Below are positions 10,998 to 20,669 of a stretch of DNA of 60,046 nt, one piece after another. Source of the DNA: an uncultured archaeon (lineage in GTDB: Archaea; Asgardarchaeota; Thorarchaeia; Thorarchaeales; Thorarchaeaceae); NCBI GenBank assembly GCA_964473825.1, contig CAYYQL010000013.1:6498-66543 (forward strand). Direction: 5' to 3'. Made by a program: the position numbers and the translations under genes. Every line of letters begins with the position of its first letter. Position 1 is the first letter of the stretch. The notes under the pieces were generated by a model. That model was not told the origin of the DNA. It ran no database searches and saw nothing but the letters and a program-made list of their open reading frames with translations.

Positions 10998-11845
10998 TGG
11001 TTCTTTCCGACCTGAGTATGATGGTGTTTGAAAGTCTACAGCAGCCGCAGAGTCTTAACCTCTTTGGTGCCACAACTTTCCCCCGATTTTCCCGTTGGCA
11101 GACCTTCTTATAGGCAGACTCTCGGAGCCTAGCTGTCGGATTCCGACTACTTCTTTTGCTTCAAGGCCTTCAGGAGCGACGATACATGCCTCATGCTGTC
11201 TTGTGTCGTGTCGGCAATCCATGCCCGTATGTACTCGATGAGGGTCGCTTAGGTGGTCAGTCGATGAGGCGGGCGATGATGGAGGTGCACCTGAATCCAA
11301 CAGTCACCCTGGGATGCTCCACGGTGGCTGCTGTGGCAATGACCCCGTTGCCATAGAACCCCCAGCCCACCCGCTCCACGAAGGAGATTGGAGCGCCGTA
11401 GGTGCTCAGTCTGCCCCTGTAGCCCGCTGGAAGGTCGATGTCCAACAGGACATGGAAGAGACCCTCAACCAACCGTGGAATGCCTCCGCCCATACTCAGT
11501 GAGCCATGGGTGGTGAGGCCGTCCTGATGGTCGGATCCTGGCGACACACCATGACTCCTAGGCCCCCCACCATGGAAGACATAGGGGGCGCATTTGGCTT
11601 CTGTCTTCACGACCACCATCGTCCACCTCTCCGACTGAGCCCGGGGCAGAACCGGGAATCCTGTAGAGGAGTGCTGTGCTGGTCGATGACTCCTGCTGCC
11701 GGGACACTCAGTCTACTCCACCTAATCCCATCTGAGCCCGGTGGCTCCAAACGACACAGAAGAAACGATGGTGAGATCCGGCAGATATTGTGAGAAACGC
11801 ATATTAGGAAGTGCGCCCCAAATATCTGTGGGGTTGTTTCGTACA

Positions 11846-14215
11846 ATGGGAGCCAAGCATTCGAGGAAGATACACGTGTTCGTTCTGTTCCTCTGGATTG
11901 CGACCGGGTTCATGGTCTTCGTCCCGGGTCAGGTAAGGGCAGAGCCGCTTGATGAGCTCATGAACAAGGTGCGGCCCATCACATGTGGCAGATTCTTCGA
12001 GGACACCACGCTGTGTATCGGTGTTGAACTTGAGAATGCTCTCTCCTCGCCGGTCTCGCTGCGGGCCAATCTCACTTTCCCCTTGAACTTCACACAACGC
12101 ATCGAGAATCTCACAAGAACGTCTACACAGCCGTACTTCACCCATGGAATCCGCGGGGTCACCGGCAACTGCACATACATACCTGCAAACGCATCAGCTC
12201 GCTCGACCTTTTGCTTTCCAACCAATGGCTCCTTCCTGGAGAGTGAGTACTACAACCTGGAACTCCAGTGGAAGACCATCCACGGTCTCGACGACGAGGT
12301 CTCGCAGAGCCGTGAGTATACGCAGACCTTCAATGTCACTCCCTTCGAGTGGATAGACCAGAAGACCATGATGCCGAAGGTCGAGGAGGGAGCACTGAGA
12401 ACAAGCTATTTTGATCTCCGGATAACCAATGTGCTTCTCACTGCCGCTCTCTTCTACAAGGGGGATTTCGTTTCAGCGCGAGTCACTGTCCATAACTATG
12501 GTCTCTACAGCATGAAACCCTATCTGAAGGCCCATGTCAGAGAGACCAGCGGTCTCTACATCGGATTCGACAGAGGGGTGTGGTCGCACTACGGTGATGG
12601 GGTTGACATGCAGGACTATGTGGCTCCGGGAAACACCTACACGTTCGAGTTCGGGCCAGTACTCTATGATGACACGCGGGGCATCTGGGCACTCAATGGC
12701 CGACTTGACACGGAAGACCCGAATGACTTCAACGCCAAATCAATCGTGTACAACCTGTACGAGGTCCAGCTCAGAGGTTGGTGGCTGTACACCTTCTACA
12801 CCACGCACACCTTTACCTGCAGTCGGCACTTCTACGTACAGCAGTCGTTTGGAACCAAGAGGATCTTTGCCGCCGTTATCGATGATGAAACATTTCCATC
12901 CTACTTGGACCCTGCAGAGATCTACGAGCTCGTGGTGACATCCGACCTTCGCATCGGCGAGGGCGACAACCTGGGTCCCTGGACCACCTTCGAGGAGGCC
13001 TTCAGCCTAGACTTCAGGTTCTACACCGTAGGGCAATACAATTGGCATGACAGCCTGCATGGTGTGGCTGGGTCTGGAGATGCGTTACGGAACACGGCCC
13101 ATGCCTTGGGAGAGGGTCTGGATCTCGGTGGCAACTGGGTCAGTGAATACACCAATCATCCCTCTGGAATGGACTACGATTACGGTTACACCCAGCGTGA
13201 GAATCATGGGTTTGACGTAGGTCTGGGATTCATGACTGCAGGATTCGAGACCAACAATGGTGAGGGAAACTCGGTCAAGAAGGGCTCTCTCGCAGTCGCC
13301 ATGGGTAGCCTGACTTTTGACCAGAATCGCGTGATGGAGTGTGCGCTGCATGAGATATGCCACCTGTTTGGTGCAATCCACGGTGACGAGTACGGGGCGG
13401 ATAGTTTCGGACCACAGCTAGGCGGTGATGGATACACATACGTGATGGCGGGCGGTACGGGAAACGACTTGGGCGATCCACCGGGATGGAGGATGCATAC
13501 CTACACGCAGCAGAGGATAGCCGAACACAACCACCTGCAGAAGTTCGACGGAGCCCCATACCCAATGTTCCTGTCAAACTTCTGGTATGGCCAGCACTAC
13601 TGCTACGTCGTGATGAATGCCAACCAGCCCAGTGAGCCCGTGTACAAACTGAAACTCGATGGCCAATACCACTGGGGATACAACAGCTATTACTATGACA
13701 GGTTCTCTGTCACGGATAGCTTCGACTCGGGAGTGGAGCCACCCGGAGGCCAGAGAGCCATCATCACAAAGCACATAGATGCAGACTGTTCGTATCCGGA
13801 CCCGGGCTTCGCAGGTTTTTATGTGGCCTACAAGCTGTACTGGGAGTCCGAATACTGGCCCTCGGGATTTGATCCAGCTCAAGGAATGAAACTGAATGTG
13901 CGATACTGGTCGTGGCAGGACAGTGCGACCACGAATTCTGTGGTGGATAACGTGAGGATGCGGGTCATCTCTCATCGATCCGGTGTCCCAGCAGAGTACT
14001 ACTTTGCCACCTTTGAGGCCAACAGTCCTTCAGGAGGCTGGAAGAAGTGTCACCAGCAGTGGGCGGAGCAGGACGCACTGCAAAACATTGACTTATCTGA
14101 TGCAAAAGTCTATCTTTTGCTAGGCTTCTATGATGCGTGGTCGGCGGACTGGGAACAGGTGCTGAAGGTACATCCGACATTGATGAGGTTCAGATACGAG
14201 TGGAACGATTGGTGA
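11846..14215 (+). CDS. Large secreted zinc metallopeptidase (metzincin) with beta-rich accessory domains
   Basis: Signal peptide after ATG 11846; HEICHLFGAIH (HExxHxxGxxH) at 13349-13381 followed by a Met-turn-like YVMAG. Confidence 0.72.
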   Translation: MGAKHSRKIHVFVLFLWIATGFMVFVPGQVRAEPLDELMNKVRPITCGRFFEDTTLCIGVELENALSSPVSLRANLTFPLNFTQRIENLTRTSTQPYFTHGIRGVTGNCTYIPANASARSTFCFPTNGSFLESEYYNLELQWKTIHGLDDEVSQSREYTQTFNVTPFEWIDQKTMMPKVEEGALRTSYFDLRITNVLLTAALFYKGDFVSARVTVHNYGLYSMKPYLKAHVRETSGLYIGFDRGVWSHYGDGVDMQDYVAPGNTYTFEFGPVLYDDTRGIWALNGRLDTEDPNDFNAKSIVYNLYEVQLRGWWLYTFYTTHTFTCSRHFYVQQSFGTKRIFAAVIDDETFPSYLDPAEIYELVVTSDLRIGEGDNLGPWTTFEEAFSLDFRFYTVGQYNWHDSLHGVAGSGDALRNTAHALGEGLDLGGNWVSEYTNHPSGMDYDYGYTQRENHGFDVGLGFMTAGFETNNGEGNSVKKGSLAVAMGSLTFDQNRVMECALHEICHLFGAIHGDEYGADSFGPQLGGDGYTYVMAGGTGNDLGDPPGWRMHTYTQQRIAEHNHLQKFDGAPYPMFLSNFWYGQHYCYVVMNANQPSEPVYKLKLDGQYHWGYNSYYYDRFSVTDSFDSGVEPPGGQRAIITKHIDADCSYPDPGFAGFYVAYKLYWESEYWPSGFDPAQGMKLNVRYWSWQDSATTNSVVDNVRMRVISHRSGVPAEYYFATFEANSPSGGWKKCHQQWAEQDALQNIDLSDAKVYLLLGFYDAWSADWEQVLKVHPTLMRFRYEWNDW

Positions 14216-14220
14216 ACGAA

Positions 14221-14838
14221 ATGAAGACAACCAAGCATATTCCAGTCATCTTTCTGATAGTCATTGCTGGTCTACTCAGTTTGCCAACATGCAAAGAATC
14301 GAGAGGCTTAGTCAGAACAAGCACACCTTACCACTCTCAGTTCAGTCTACAGAACGAAGCTGTATTCCAGAACTACACTTATGATAATACCTATACTCGG
14401 AGTCAATCATGTGTGCCTTGGGTGTTCATAGACGTTTTTGACCCCGATGGCGTGACGGTCGTTTGGTTCACCCACAGACGGTCCAACGAGAGTACCACAC
14501 AGAGAGGAGATATGGCGCCATCCATCTTCGGCAGCAATGGATGGGATGGCAGCTTTCGGGTCAATGTCAGCAAGCGCGAAACCATCTTCGTCGTTCGGTT
14601 CTATGCCAACGACACCCTGGGCAACACGGCATCCTCGTCAGAGTACACTCTCTTGGTCACCTATGACCCCTATGAACCGTATCCCACAACCTCTACAACC
14701 ACCACCACGACAACTACAACAACATCCCCCGATGACTCTCTCGATCCGCGCTATCTCGTCTTGCCTGCTTTGCTGATCGTTTCCCTGGCAGTCATCATCG
14801 GTGTGACCCTTCAAGAGAAGAGACCTCCGGCATTATGA
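14221..14838 (+). CDS. Secreted, membrane-anchored Ig-like surface protein with Thr linker
   Basis: Signal peptide; YANDTLGN Ig/Fn3-like strand; poly-Thr linker; C-terminal TM helix. Confidence 0.65.
   Translation: MKTTKHIPVIFLIVIAGLLSLPTCKESRGLVRTSTPYHSQFSLQNEAVFQNYTYDNTYTRSQSCVPWVFIDVFDPDGVTVVWFTHRRSNESTTQRGDMAPSIFGSNGWDGSFRVNVSKRETIFVVRFYANDTLGNTASSSEYTLLVTYDPYEPYPTTSTTTTTTTTTTSPDDSLDPRYLVLPALLIVSLAVIIGVTLQEKRPPAL
14686..14724 (+). repeat. ACN codon run encoding poly-Thr linker
   Basis: acaacctctacaaccaccaccacgacaactacaacaaca. Confidence 0.8.
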
Positions 14839-15644
14839 AATTCCGGATAGATTCCTCATGTGGGTCGACCACCCCGTTCCCCACCCACTCCTCATCGAGT
14901 CTATCTACATCCTTCACTAGCAGGTCTTCCCTGAAGTCCATCCGTTGAGGCTGATTGAACAACACTCGAAACCGCAGGGATGCCCCCTTCGCATAGCGGT
15001 CTCCGAGACACCCTCTGTTATCGTGCAGGACTCAGCCCCGACAGCAGAGCACAACATCGATGCGATTGCCTCTGTCCGTGATGTGTCTACGCCCGCACTC
15101 CTTCCAGTGGGGGGACTTCTCGGTCCTGACGCTCCCCGTGTGTCGTATGGAGATGACTTCGTGTGCCATGCTCTGCAGTTCCGTTTCTGTTGCAATGAAA
15201 GGGGAGAAACTGTGCCGTCCTGTGCCCTGACTGTTACCCCCGTAGACATGCCCCTCAGTTTCGGCAGTGTTTCTTATTCTCATGCAAAATCGTTCATGCG
15301 AAGCATGAGCATGGATTACAGGGAACAGCACTGGAGAGGCTTACTAGCATCCGCGAGGACTATTCTACGGTGGCACTAGCCCCGTGTTTTCTGTAGTTAC
15401 CACCAACGGTCTTGCGGTTCCGCATTCTGCGGGACATCCTCTTCTGCTGAGTGAGATCCCTGCCACCTATCCGTCAACTGACAGTTCACAAACTTTTTAT
15501 GTTCACCGAATCCCGTCAGCTAGGACAAACCTTAAGTAGGGTTCCCCGAAGTCCATGTACAGTTTTAACACGAATCCCGCGGCATACTCCATCGTGAGAT
15601 GGTCTTAAGGCCGCACAAAGAAATGAAAAAAAAGGGGAAAACAA

Positions 15645-17318
15645 ATGGCACAGATGTCAGGACAACCGATTCTAATATTGAAAGAGGGGACTCAGCGTTC
15701 CCGCGGAAAGTCCGCACAGGAAAACAACATAATGGCGGGCATTGTAATCTCTGATGCTGTCAAATCCACCCTCGGACCCCGAGGAATGGATAAGATGCTT
15801 GTTGACTCACTCGGTGATGTTACAATCACCAATGATGGTGCGTCAATATTGAAGGAGATTGATGTTCAGCATCCAGCAGCCAAGATGCTTGTTGAAGTTG
15901 CGAAGAGCCAAGACCAGGAGACTGGTGACGGAACCACTACTTCAGTAGTACTAGCAGGAGAGCTGCTCAAGAGAGCGCAGTCATTATTAGAGAAGAAGAT
16001 TCATCCTACAATTCTAGTCGGTGGATACCAGAAAGCTGCCGAAGAGGCAACAAGAATTCTCAATGAACTTTCAGTTTCCATGGAAGGCATGGATAAGACA
16101 ATCTTGAAGAAGATAGCCTCAACATCAATGAACAGTAAATCGATTGTGGGCGAGAAAGCCCACTTTGCAGAGATCGCTGTTGAGGCAGTTCTGCAGATTG
16201 CAGAAGAAATCGATGGCGCGACTGAAGCAGACATTGACATGATTGAAGTCATCAAGAAACAGGGCAAGAGCCTGCATGAAACAGAGCTCGTCAATGGCAT
16301 GGTCATTGACAAAGAGATAGTACATGCTTCGATGCCCAGAAAGGTCACAGATGCCAAGATTGCTCTGATCAACTCTGCCATCGAGGTAGAGAAGACCGAG
16401 TTCGACGCAGAGATCAAGATAGACAACCCTGATCAGATCCAGGCATTCCTTGATCAAGAGGAGCGAATGCTGAAGAAGATGGTTGACGATATCGTCAATA
16501 TTGGAGCCAACGTTCTCATATGCCAGAAAGGCGTTGATGATGTTGCTCAGCACTTCTTGGCCAAGGCAGGCGTTCTCACTATCCGACGAGCAAAGAAGAG
16601 CACACTTGAGAAGATGGCAAAGGCCACAGGCGGTAAGATCGCCTCAAGCCTCGACGAACTTGAAGCTGATATCCTTGGCAAGGCAGGAATAGTTGAAGAG
16701 GTTAGAATTGGCGACGACAAGCTCGTCTACGTGAGAGACTGTGCAGATCCGAAAGCAGTGTCAATCGTCATTCGCGGTGGAACGGAACATGTTGTCGATG
16801 AGGCAGAGAGAGCTATTCATGATGCACTCTGTGTCGTCCGAAATGTTGTCGAGGATGCCACATATGTTGGTGGTGGCGGTTCCGTTGAGACCGAGATTGC
16901 AAGGCGTTTGGAGAAATATGCGGACAAGGTCGAAGGCCGTGAACAGCTGGCCATCGAAGCATTCGCAGAAGCTCTTCGAGTTGTACCCAAGACACTGGCA
17001 GAGAACGGCGGTCATGACCCAATCGACATCATTGCAGAACTCAACAAGGAGCACGCAAAAGAAACCGGTGTCTGGTACGGCGTCAATGTCCTCGATGGCA
17101 AGACCAAGGACATGATGAAAGAGGGCATTATCGAGCCTTCCCGTGTCAAGCAGCAGGCAATTCGTTCAGCCGCTGAGGCCGCACAGATGATTCTCAGAAT
17201 CGATGATGTCATCGCAGCCAAGGCAACCTCAGGACCTCCGCCAGGTGCAGGTGGTCCAGGTGGCATGGGCGGTATGGGCGGCATGGGTGGTATGGGCGGC
17301 ATGCCCGGCATGATGTAG
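15645..17318 (+). CDS. ths: Thermosome (group II chaperonin) subunit
   Basis: [29 protein letters not shown]; GGM tail. Confidence 0.97.
   Translation: MAQMSGQPILILKEGTQRSRGKSAQENNIMAGIVISDAVKSTLGPRGMDKMLVDSLGDVTITNDGASILKEIDVQHPAAKMLVEVAKSQDQETGDGTTTSVVLAGELLKRAQSLLEKKIHPTILVGGYQKAAEEATRILNELSVSMEGMDKTILKKIASTSMNSKSIVGEKAHFAEIAVEAVLQIAEEIDGATEADIDMIEVIKKQGKSLHETELVNGMVIDKEIVHASMPRKVTDAKIALINSAIEVEKTEFDAEIKIDNPDQIQAFLDQEERMLKKMVDDIVNIGANVLICQKGVDDVAQHFLAKAGVLTIRRAKKSTLEKMAKATGGKIASSLDELEADILGKAGIVEEVRIGDDKLVYVRDCADPKAVSIVIRGGTEHVVDEAERAIHDALCVVRNVVEDATYVGGGGSVETEIARRLEKYADKVEGREQLAIEAFAEALRVVPKTLAENGGHDPIDIIAELNKEHAKETGVWYGVNVLDGKTKDMMKEGIIEPSRVKQQAIRSAAEAAQMILRIDDVIAAKATSGPPPGAGGPGGMGGMGGMGGMGGMPGMM
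17259..17315 (+). repeat. GGM-encoding repeat of chaperonin tail
   Basis: Tandem ggyggyatg units. Confidence 0.85.
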
Positions 17319-17333
17319 AACCAGAACATAGAC

Positions 17334-17370
17334 AGTGGAGCCTCTCTAGGCTCCCACTCACTTCTTTTTC
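17334..17370 (+). terminator. Hairpin plus T-tract downstream of thermosome
   Basis: agtggagcct-ctct-aggctcccact followed by cacttcttttt. Confidence 0.55.
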
Positions 17371-17385
17371 CCAGAGGTATAGCGA

Positions 17386-18249
17386 TTGGCAACAAGAATT
17401 CTGATACTGGGGATTAACACATTTGACTCAGGTAAGACCAATCTAGCCATACAGCTGTGCCAAGCGTTGAGAGGTAAGGACCGAAAAGTCGAGTATTTCA
17501 AACCGGTCAGCGGCCACAATTACTGGTACCGATATGATCATACTAAAGACTGCATCCAAAAAGGGCAGCTCGTATCTTACGACGCTGTGAGAACAAGACA
17601 GAGAATCGACTCACGCGTCCCAATACAGGTTGCTAACCCCGTCCATACCCTCTGGGTGCCATCCAAGATCGAACGACCCGGTAGGACACAGTTCAGCACG
17701 CTTGGCCTGGCTGGATGGGACGCTTTTTTTGGCATGCAACGCCTCACAAGACCTGACAATGCTGAGCTTCATTCAACCTTCGTGGTGGCCAAACAGCTCA
17801 TCGAAGACCAGTCTATTTTGCTGACCTGGGGAGAAACGAAAAACCTCGTTGACGGCGACGACTATATTCCCGTCGCGAGTCTTGAGAGAGCACAAGAGAT
17901 TGAAAGAGAGCTCTTCGAGGACACCGTCAATGCGTCTTTCGCGGCAATTAAGAAGATTTCGGACACAGTGGTCATCGAGTCTTTCAATGATTCAGTGTGG
18001 CCGTGGGAACGCCTGGGCCGTGTTGATAAGGTATTCGCGGTAGGACCCGGACAAATGTTCACCTATAGTCCTGAGAAGATCAGAAAGGCAGCCTTTCTCA
18101 CTCACCGTGGAGATGCACCAATTCGTGAGGTCACCTTTTCGAGGATTGCCGACCTCGTCCTGCCGGAAAAGCGGTATCAACTTAAGCCCGAAGTGGGATT
18201 GTCTGACTCGGACATTGAAGAAGTATTCACTCATGACCGAAAGAAATGA
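17386..18249 (+). CDS. Archaeal P-loop ATPase of BioD/CobQ-like type (COG4028-like)
   Basis: ILILGINTFDSGKT, YFKPVSGHNYW, VVIESFND. Confidence 0.7.
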   Translation: MATRILILGINTFDSGKTNLAIQLCQALRGKDRKVEYFKPVSGHNYWYRYDHTKDCIQKGQLVSYDAVRTRQRIDSRVPIQVANPVHTLWVPSKIERPGRTQFSTLGLAGWDAFFGMQRLTRPDNAELHSTFVVAKQLIEDQSILLTWGETKNLVDGDDYIPVASLERAQEIERELFEDTVNASFAAIKKISDTVVIESFNDSVWPWERLGRVDKVFAVGPGQMFTYSPEKIRKAAFLTHRGDAPIREVTFSRIADLVLPEKRYQLKPEVGLSDSDIEEVFTHDRKK

Positions 18250-18291
18250 GTAGAGTGGCTTAAAGATGAATAGCGCATCGGAGGACCAAGC

Positions 18292-19254
18292 ATGACTGAA
18301 GACCTGAACTGGGATTTGATTGTTGTCGGTGGTGGACCAGCAGGGATGACATCCGCCATCTATGGAGCGAGATATGGGCTCAAGACACTGCTCCTAGAAG
18401 AGAAAGTACTCGGTGGAGCGCAGGCGACAAGTCCGGGAATTGAGAACTACCCTGGTTTCAATTTTATCACAGGAATAGAACTAGCTAATAGAATGAAGGA
18501 GCAGGTGAAGAAGTGTGGCGCCGGAATCAAAGAGATAACCGAAGTCAAGAAGATATTAGCACCTGAGGAGGTCGGAGAGGACTTCATTCTTGAAACCCGC
18601 AGAGGTGACTACCATGCGAAGGCAGTCATTATCGCCACCGGGGGAGGGCATCGGAAACTCAATATCCCTGGTGAGACCGAGCTCACAGGTAGAGGGGTAT
18701 CATATTGTGCAACCTGTGATGGTCCACTCTTCCGTGAGAAGACTGTTGCAGTCATTGGCGGCGGTAACACAGCTGTGACCGAGGCAGTCTATCTGGCGGA
18801 TTTGACACACAAAACCTACCTCATTCACAGACGCGATGAGCTTAGAGCTGACTCAGCCCTGCAGGAGATGATTTTCAACAGTGACGTTGAAATCCTCTGG
18901 GACACCATTGCCACCGAATTCAAGGGGGATGATGTTCTTGACACGGTTGTCCTTCAGAATGTGAAGACTGAAGAGAGACGAGAACTGCGGGTCGATGGTG
19001 CATTCGTGGCACTCGGTTCCAATCCGGAGAGCAAGCTTGCGCAGGATATTGGAGTTAAGACAAACAAGAGAGGAGAGATCCTTGTTGACGACAAGCAAGC
19101 CACAAATGTAGTGGGTGTCTTCGCCGCCGGAGACGTAATAGAGTCCATGAAGCAGATTGTTGTTGCAACTGGCACAGGGGCAATCGCAGGTGACTCGGCG
19201 TATACCTACATAAGGAGGTACTGTCTTGATGACTCTCCTCGTGGATATGCGTAG
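18292..19254 (+). CDS. trxB: Thioredoxin reductase
   Basis: GGGPAG, GRGVSYCATCDG, GGGNTA, HRRDELRA, FAAGD. Confidence 0.95.
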   Translation: MTEDLNWDLIVVGGGPAGMTSAIYGARYGLKTLLLEEKVLGGAQATSPGIENYPGFNFITGIELANRMKEQVKKCGAGIKEITEVKKILAPEEVGEDFILETRRGDYHAKAVIIATGGGHRKLNIPGETELTGRGVSYCATCDGPLFREKTVAVIGGGNTAVTEAVYLADLTHKTYLIHRRDELRADSALQEMIFNSDVEILWDTIATEFKGDDVLDTVVLQNVKTEERRELRVDGAFVALGSNPESKLAQDIGVKTNKRGEILVDDKQATNVVGVFAAGDVIESMKQIVVATGTGAIAGDSAYTYIRRYCLDDSPRGYA

Positions 19255-19341
19255 TCGTACGTTTCTTCTCTTGGGGAAACGTTAATAACCGCACCCCTGT
19301 CCGAGGCTGAAAATGTAGAGCTTTGAGTGAAGGTAGTCCAC

Positions 19342-20562
19342 ATGAAAAAGGTACGAATAGCAGGCAGTACTATAGCAATAGCTCTGGTTGTGATGGCGCT
19401 AGCAATTCAACCCGCAGCGGCCAACCCCGGAACCCGGCTGGAATCACTCTATGGATTCCTCGTTGACAGATATGACGAGAAGGGCGAACGGGGTTTCAGA
19501 AGAGTTGGCGAAACAATATCCCGGAATGAGCCAACGTACTCTGCTGCACTGGCACTAAACGAACTGAGCTACTTTGCTGCAAGACCCCCGGCATTTGACC
19601 TTGTGAGAATGAAGAACTTCACACAGAAGCTTCAGTGGATACGTGCATTGGATGAATCTGATGCTCAGTATGGAAGCATGGCAAGTTTCATTGCAGGTTC
19701 GTATGACATCCATTCGACCTTTACTGGTATTCAGACATGGTTCATCCTGAGCCAGCATGATGATATTCCAGGGATTAAGGCGGTTTCACTCAACCTGACA
19801 GCCACATTAGTCTACGTCAACAAGACCCTCAATGAAGATGGCGGCTTTGGACCAACAGAGGGTGGAGACTCAACGATGCTTGCAACTTATCACGCTCTTG
19901 CAACAATGAGAGATATTCTTGAAGCAATCAGCGAAGATTCACCGGAACAGACATGGGATGTATGGTTACCGAATGCTACAGCGACAGTGGACTGGATTCT
20001 GAGCTGCCGAGAAAGCGACGGTTTCAAGCCAACCCCAGAAAGCAGGACAAGTGGTGTTACGGCAACAGCATCAGCGCTTCTTTCTCTGGAGATCCTCAAT
20101 GCGCTGTCTCAGATTTCCGACGAGATTCAGGATATTGTGAACTGGATAGGCGACCTTCAGGTAGAGACGCCTCTAAGTAATCAGTACGTTGGAGGTTTCA
20201 CCGAAGGAGTCAACACCAATGATACGAATATCATGAGCACCTACTATGCATTGCTTGCCCTCGATGCTCTGGATGCAATAGACAGCCAAGTGAATAAGTC
20301 AATAGCTGTCGATTTTATACTCGATTGCCAATCAGCCGATGGGAGCTGGGGGTTCACCCCGGGACGGGAGGTCGGAAATACTGTGAACATCGGTCCAGCA
20401 ATTCGATCTCTGAAGCTCCTCGGACAGAATCCCAATGTGCCGCTTGCTGTTGAAGATCCAAACAACCCAGCACCAGTCCTGATAGACTGGCGCGTCGTGC
20501 TCGTTGCGACCCTTATTATCGGGGTGCTTGTCATTGCTGTCTTGTCAGTGAAGATGGACTGA
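19342..20562 (+). CDS. Secreted, membrane-anchored prenyltransferase/squalene-oxidase repeat (alpha/alpha barrel) protein
   Basis: Repeats NEDGGFG...TYHAL, SCRESDGF, GGF...STYYAL and DCQSADGSWG; signal peptide and C-terminal TM. Confidence 0.8.
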   Translation: MKKVRIAGSTIAIALVVMALAIQPAAANPGTRLESLYGFLVDRYDEKGERGFRRVGETISRNEPTYSAALALNELSYFAARPPAFDLVRMKNFTQKLQWIRALDESDAQYGSMASFIAGSYDIHSTFTGIQTWFILSQHDDIPGIKAVSLNLTATLVYVNKTLNEDGGFGPTEGGDSTMLATYHALATMRDILEAISEDSPEQTWDVWLPNATATVDWILSCRESDGFKPTPESRTSGVTATASALLSLEILNALSQISDEIQDIVNWIGDLQVETPLSNQYVGGFTEGVNTNDTNIMSTYYALLALDALDAIDSQVNKSIAVDFILDCQSADGSWGFTPGREVGNTVNIGPAIRSLKLLGQNPNVPLAVEDPNNPAPVLIDWRVVLVATLIIGVLVIAVLSVKMD

Positions 20563-20669
20563 GGAGTTTTCAGAACCGTTCAGTATGTGGCCAAGATTCA
20601 TATGGACAATCGCTCAAAGTGGCGTTGAGTGAGTCATTACGCCTTTGTATGACACTGAGAGGTTATTAC

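Noticed and set aside
11050-15480. IS element, CRISPR array, RNase P RNA or SRP RNA in the non-coding flanks
   Set aside because: No transposase motifs, terminal repeats, regularly spaced repeats or hallmark RNA motifs were found by eye
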